From Hydrurus foetidus (Eukaryota): a stretch of 37,637 bases of DNA. How positions within the stretch are numbered: the first letter of the stretch is position 1; every line of letters starts with the position of its first letter. Below are positions 32,809-37,637 of the stretch, piece after piece. The notes under the pieces were generated by a model, which was given only the letters and a program-made list of their open reading frames with translations, made no database searches and was not told where the DNA came from. The DNA is taken from NCBI GenBank assembly GCA_900617105.1, contig UYFQ01000585.1, forward strand, positions 1 through 37,637, read 5' to 3'. Both the position numbers and the translations under genes were made by a program.

Positions 32809-35800
32809 ATGGAGCTTAAATATATTTCGGGATTCGGGTCACATATGGAGTCGGAGGCATTACCCAAATCGCTTCCAGTGGGTCAGAATTCTCCAAAGCT
32901 GTGTCCATATGGGCTCTATGCAGAGCAGATATCGGGCACTGCATTTACAGCACCTCGGTATTTACAATCTTGTCTGTAAAGCTCACGGGTAGCTGCTGAA
33001 CTGAATCATCTGTCAATGATACTCTAATGCAGTTCGAAGAATCAGCGATCATGGCTCTACAGGATTCGACCTAGCGTGCAGCATACAGAATTTGATTCGT
33101 CTCAGTCTGACAGTGGTCCAGCATTTGTTACAAATCCAAACCAGCTGCGTTGGAGTCCAAGACCTGCGTATTTCGAAGGAGGGTACGTAAAGAGAGGTAA
33201 TTTAGACTGTATACGTCTCCAGCATGGGATGAATGCGTTTTCTAGAATCGCTCAGGCGACTGTAAACCAATTACGGCCGTTTAGCTGTAATTTGTGAATG
33301 GCTTCCATGCGAACCTCTGATATTCTACAATGTATCCTGAACTGCAATATATGTAAATCCACTTTCGAAAACTCAGTGATATTAAATATATGTTCAGTTA
33401 TCCCGTGGACTTCGTAGACAGTCTAGAACCTGTATGTGGCGCTGGTGATCCTGGCCTGAAAGAAGGTCTCTGTATTTACACCTATCTCACGAACGCATCC
33501 ATGGGCAGGTACGTGTCAGCATTTTGTGTCTTTGTGGGTTGATTCCTTAGTGCTTAACAGAGCTGTTCTTATTGATAATAGCGGTTTATATCAGAGATTA
33601 TTGTGAATTAATTCAAGGCTTTAGTCTTACGCACGTCAAATCACTATCAATTGATGATAGGACAGCAACGATCTAATTGATTTACTTCAACGAAAAAAGA
33701 CAATGGAATAATTATTATCCTTTTAACACCGTAGGAAATCTTTTTCGAATTCCGATGGAGACTTTTTAATCGTCCCGCAGGAAGGAGTGTTGCTCATCAC
33801 AACGGAATTCGGCAAAGTGAGCTCCAGTACCTTCACTTAGACCCGAATGTTAAACATGGTTATCTTCGAATTATATCGTATTCAGTATTTTCTCCAAATA
33901 ACCGATTTTAAGATGAATTGCTGCGCTGAGTTGTTCCCCATTATTTTGTACTGAAATTTTTTTATCGTAACGAACCGGCGTTGGATATGTTTCAATAGAT
34001 TTTCCTGGCGTTTGATGTTTTTGTTGTGTTCAGTATTCCACTATACTGCACTGACCTGTATTGATCTTTATTCCAGCATTTTAATGTATGCCCTGCATGA
34101 TGTTATATTGCATCGCACTCACGCATACTAACAGACACAGTATCTGTATAGATGGTGGTCGGTCCATGCGAAATAGCCGTCATACAAAGAGGAATCAAGT
34201 TCTCGGTCTCCCTCCACACACAGCCGGACATACCGTCTCCAGCTAACAGGTATACCGCAACCGGGCCAACGGCAAACGCGGGCCACGCAGTGGACCTTAT
34301 CGCCCTTGAAACATTTCACAGCTGCTACGAACGTCTTGTTGGTTTTGAAAGTCCTCTTTGGTATTGAAGTCTTATCCACCCCGATATCTAATAAAATATC
34401 TCCAAATTTATCCTGTAAATATTCGTCTTTCCCATCTGTAACAATTACTAAGTACGCTGACTTTCATTCAAGTCCCAGCGTGTCTCCCAACTTTCTTTCT
34501 TGCCGCTCTGCTGTTTAACATTCATCTTTCCCTCAATGGTCAAAAAGCACACAAATACAAATCACAAACACAGGAGTTACACATACAAAAAGCAATAATC
34601 CCGTAATCTTCGCTACATTCCTATATTACTGTACAACGAACAGCTTTGCGCGCGGCTACGTACTTGAGATTTTCAAGGGTCACTTCGAACTTCCTTCTCT
34701 CGGCCCTATAGGGGCAAACGGATTGGCCAACCCCAGGGACTTTCTTACCCCGACAGCTGCCTTTGAAAATGAAGATGGTGCAGTAATCAGATACTGATTT
34801 TTAATTTTTTTGTGTTACTTGTTCAATTTGCATATTTGAATAGTAGAAAGTTGGTGATCGTAATACTTAAATAAGTTGTGAGCGATTATTACTGAGCTGA
34901 TCCGATCTGGAGACACAACTTATCTCTCTATACAGCCACTAATCTCTGCGCGTCTGTCTGTGCATCTAATTCTGTATGTGTCTGCTTATGTATTGGTCGG
35001 TGTGCGTGTGTGTGCGTGTTTGTATGTGTTTCAATCTATCTTTTTGTCTGTCTGTATGTATTTACGTATGTATGTCTGTCCTTACGTATGCAAGTATATA
35101 TGTACGCATCTCTCTTACCGCTTTCTCCGTGTTCTCTATCAGTTTCGTCCCTCACTCCTATCAAATGATGATCCTTTGAAAATCGCTCTCCCTCTCTTCC
35201 CTGTCTCTGTGCAGAAAACATTCCATTTTTTAAGTTGATCACCAAGTTCATGGGCAAGATGTTCACTTGTACACAGAAGCACACACCATTCGATGTTGTT
35301 GCCTGGCACGGCAACTACGCTCCCTACAAGTACGATCTCAGAAACTTCTGTACCTTCAATTCCGTGTCGTTTGATCATGCGGATCCGTCCATTTTCACGG
35401 TTTTGACATGTCCGTCTGATGAGGTAATGTGCGAAAGAAATCATTCAAAACCCTCATAACTGCAATTACTACTGCCCTTGTATGATATGCGTTATGCTCC
35501 TGTTTGTGTTCTTTTCCGTAATATTTGACTGCACGAGGAAACTACTGATACTTTTGTAATGTATGGTACGCCTCCACCATCGCTTCGAGCTGAATATTCA
35601 TGCAATTGATTACAGATCTCATAAGGGTATGTTTTTCTAAGTACTGCTATTGATGAACATCGCCACCAATTCTATTCATCTTAATTCGACTAAAATTTCG
35701 ATCACCAATTGTTTTCTATGTCTTTTTCTATTTGTACTTCAATTTCCGTAGCCTGGAACTGCTGTCGCAGATTTTGTTATTTTCCCTCCTCGCTGGCTGG

Positions 35801-36905
35801 TGGCTGAAAACACATTCCGCCCTCCTTACTTTCATCGAAACTGCATGTCTGGTAAGTATTAGAATATTCGCTTTTTCTCATCTCTTTCCGTTATCACAAT
35901 TTTTTGTCTTGTGAAGTGGAACTCGGACAGTACTACGTTATTTAGCTTACTGCACTTGCTGCCAACCGTACCTTACCTTGCCTTGCTTTGCCCTTACGTG
36001 TCATACACAACCCTCCCCTCCTCCTATTTTTATCCATATCCTGCCTCTTCCACTCAACTTCACGTCCACTACAGAGTACATGGGCATGGTGTACGGGCAG
36101 TACGATGCGAAGGAAGGCACGAAGGGCGGTCACTCTTTCATTCCTGGGGGATCATCTCTACATTCCTGCATGTACGTTCAATACTCACGCCTACTGTACT
36201 ACAGATGTGTTCATCAGAACATACCGCATTTATGTCAATCTGTTGAGCTACGATATGATGTGTGGCTAGGAGTGGATATTATGAGATCGGTTGTACATGT
36301 ACGTTCCTTACAATGACAGACACCCTCAACCAACCGTTACATCTCAGCATAAAGCACAGTGCAGTCCTCTACTAAACTCTAATGCGCCTGAAGGAATTCT
36401 ATTTTCTACGTCCCCTCTCCTCTGTCTTAGCAATGTGCAGCCAATGTGAGAACTCTCCCGATCACTGCTCCAAGATTCTCTATCTGTATCTGTATCTTCC
36501 TCACTGACAATTTGTTTGGACTGAACATTTACCCTATGCGTCACAACACTCCCCTCGCCACTACTATTTTGTTTTATCCTTCTTTTATCATTACTTATTT
36601 TTATCTTTACTTTTTACTTTTTAATTCTGCTCTCTTGCTACAGGACTCCTCACGGACCCGACACAGCAACATTCCTAAAAGCAACACACCCCGAATACAG
36701 TCTAAAGCCCGTTTACCTGGATTCCGGTTTAGCTTTCATGTTTGAGACGACCTATCTTCTGAAGGTTACTGAAAGCGCGTTGCGTTGTGACGAATTGCAG
36801 AAAAACTATACGGAGTGTTGGACGGATTTACCGAAACTGTTTACTGGGGAAATGGATCCCTACAAGTCCAATGCCAGTGAAAATGAAGATAAAAATGAAA
36901 AGTGA
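32809..36905 (+). CDS. HGD: Homogentisate 1,2-dioxygenase, 10 exons
   Basis: [92 protein letters not shown]. Exons 32809-32957, 33033-33182, 33398-33508, 33735-33816, 34152-34249, 34644-34777, 35215-35423, 35752-35851, 36075-36171, 36644-36905. Confidence 0.97.
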
Positions 36906-37030
36906 CTGCCATGATTGGAGGGGTGACATCAGCTCAGCTGAAGGAGTGTCACTTCAGTCGCGATACGGTTAGGAAAATAGACAAGTCACAATTTGATGCA
37001 GTAGTGTTCACAATGACAACCCCCTCTATT

Positions 37031-37130
37031 CTTCTCTCCTCTTCTCTTCTCTCCTCTCCTCTCCTCTCCTCTTCACTTCACTTCACTTCACTTCACTGGC
37101 CCATCACAGCACAGCACAGCACAGCACAGC
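37031..37130 (+). repeat. Compound pentanucleotide microsatellite (TCTCC)n-(CACTT)n-(CACAG)n
   Basis: Directly visible downstream of the HGD stop. Confidence 0.9.
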
Positions 37131-37637
37131 GGCTTACAGTTGTCAAAGAGTGAGTCGCATCACCTGAAATCTAGTATAATTTAATCTGATCTAATCAGCA
37201 TCCACGACTCTGCATGTCAGAGAACATGTCGTATCATGTCATATCGTATCATATCTTGGATATTCAACTGGGACATTTTTCTGTTTCGTGCAAGTACCGC
37301 TCTGTGGGCGTAGTGCGTCTACTGCGCACACATACATACGTTTACACGTGTATATTCGTATGCATGCTATACATGTAAATATAAAAATGCAGCGTACGTA
37401 CATTATGTTATTAAAATTTTGTGGTATAGGGATATGCATCGACGCCCATGCTGTCTAATGCGATGCGGTACGTTCAGAAAAGGGACTCTATAGGGGTGGA
37501 ATAGAATTGCATTTGAATGAAGACTGCTTTACAGCGGAATCGATCGATGTATCTCATGAACTCTGTTTATCAAATGTGAAACCGTCATGCACTCGAAGTG
37601 CCATTCGATTCTGGAGACGGCATAGAGACGGACATCA

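Overview
Eukaryotic nuclear DNA with short GT-AG introns, most likely from a plastid-bearing stramenopile (ochrophyte, possibly chrysophyte-like). This is inferred from a signal-peptide + ASA-L + transit-like N-terminus on the DCC-family protein and from a copia element with an HVDD RT motif. Host genes: TTC38-like, FAM184-like, nucleotide-sugar transporter, AIG1/rolling-stone-like membrane protein, DCC thiol-disulfide oxidoreductase, RNF212/Zip3-like RING protein, CadD-like metal transporter, UBE2Z-like E2 and HGD. There are two transposon-rich zones. Zone 1 (1-3950) holds a frameshifted CCHC gag of an LTR retrotransposon, plus a probable DIRS/Ngaro gag fragment fused in frame to the TTC38 gene. 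Zone 2 (12600-21450) holds an orphan gene with a recently expanded heptad coiled-coil array and a C-terminal RxxxxH (HEPN-like) motif, an intact Ty1/copia element with identical LTRs nested in a ~700-bp foldback element, and a small MITE. The copia has no tRNA primer-binding site but carries an LTR-internal complement of the PBS position, which suggests self-priming. All family calls come from motif recognition by eye; no searches were run.
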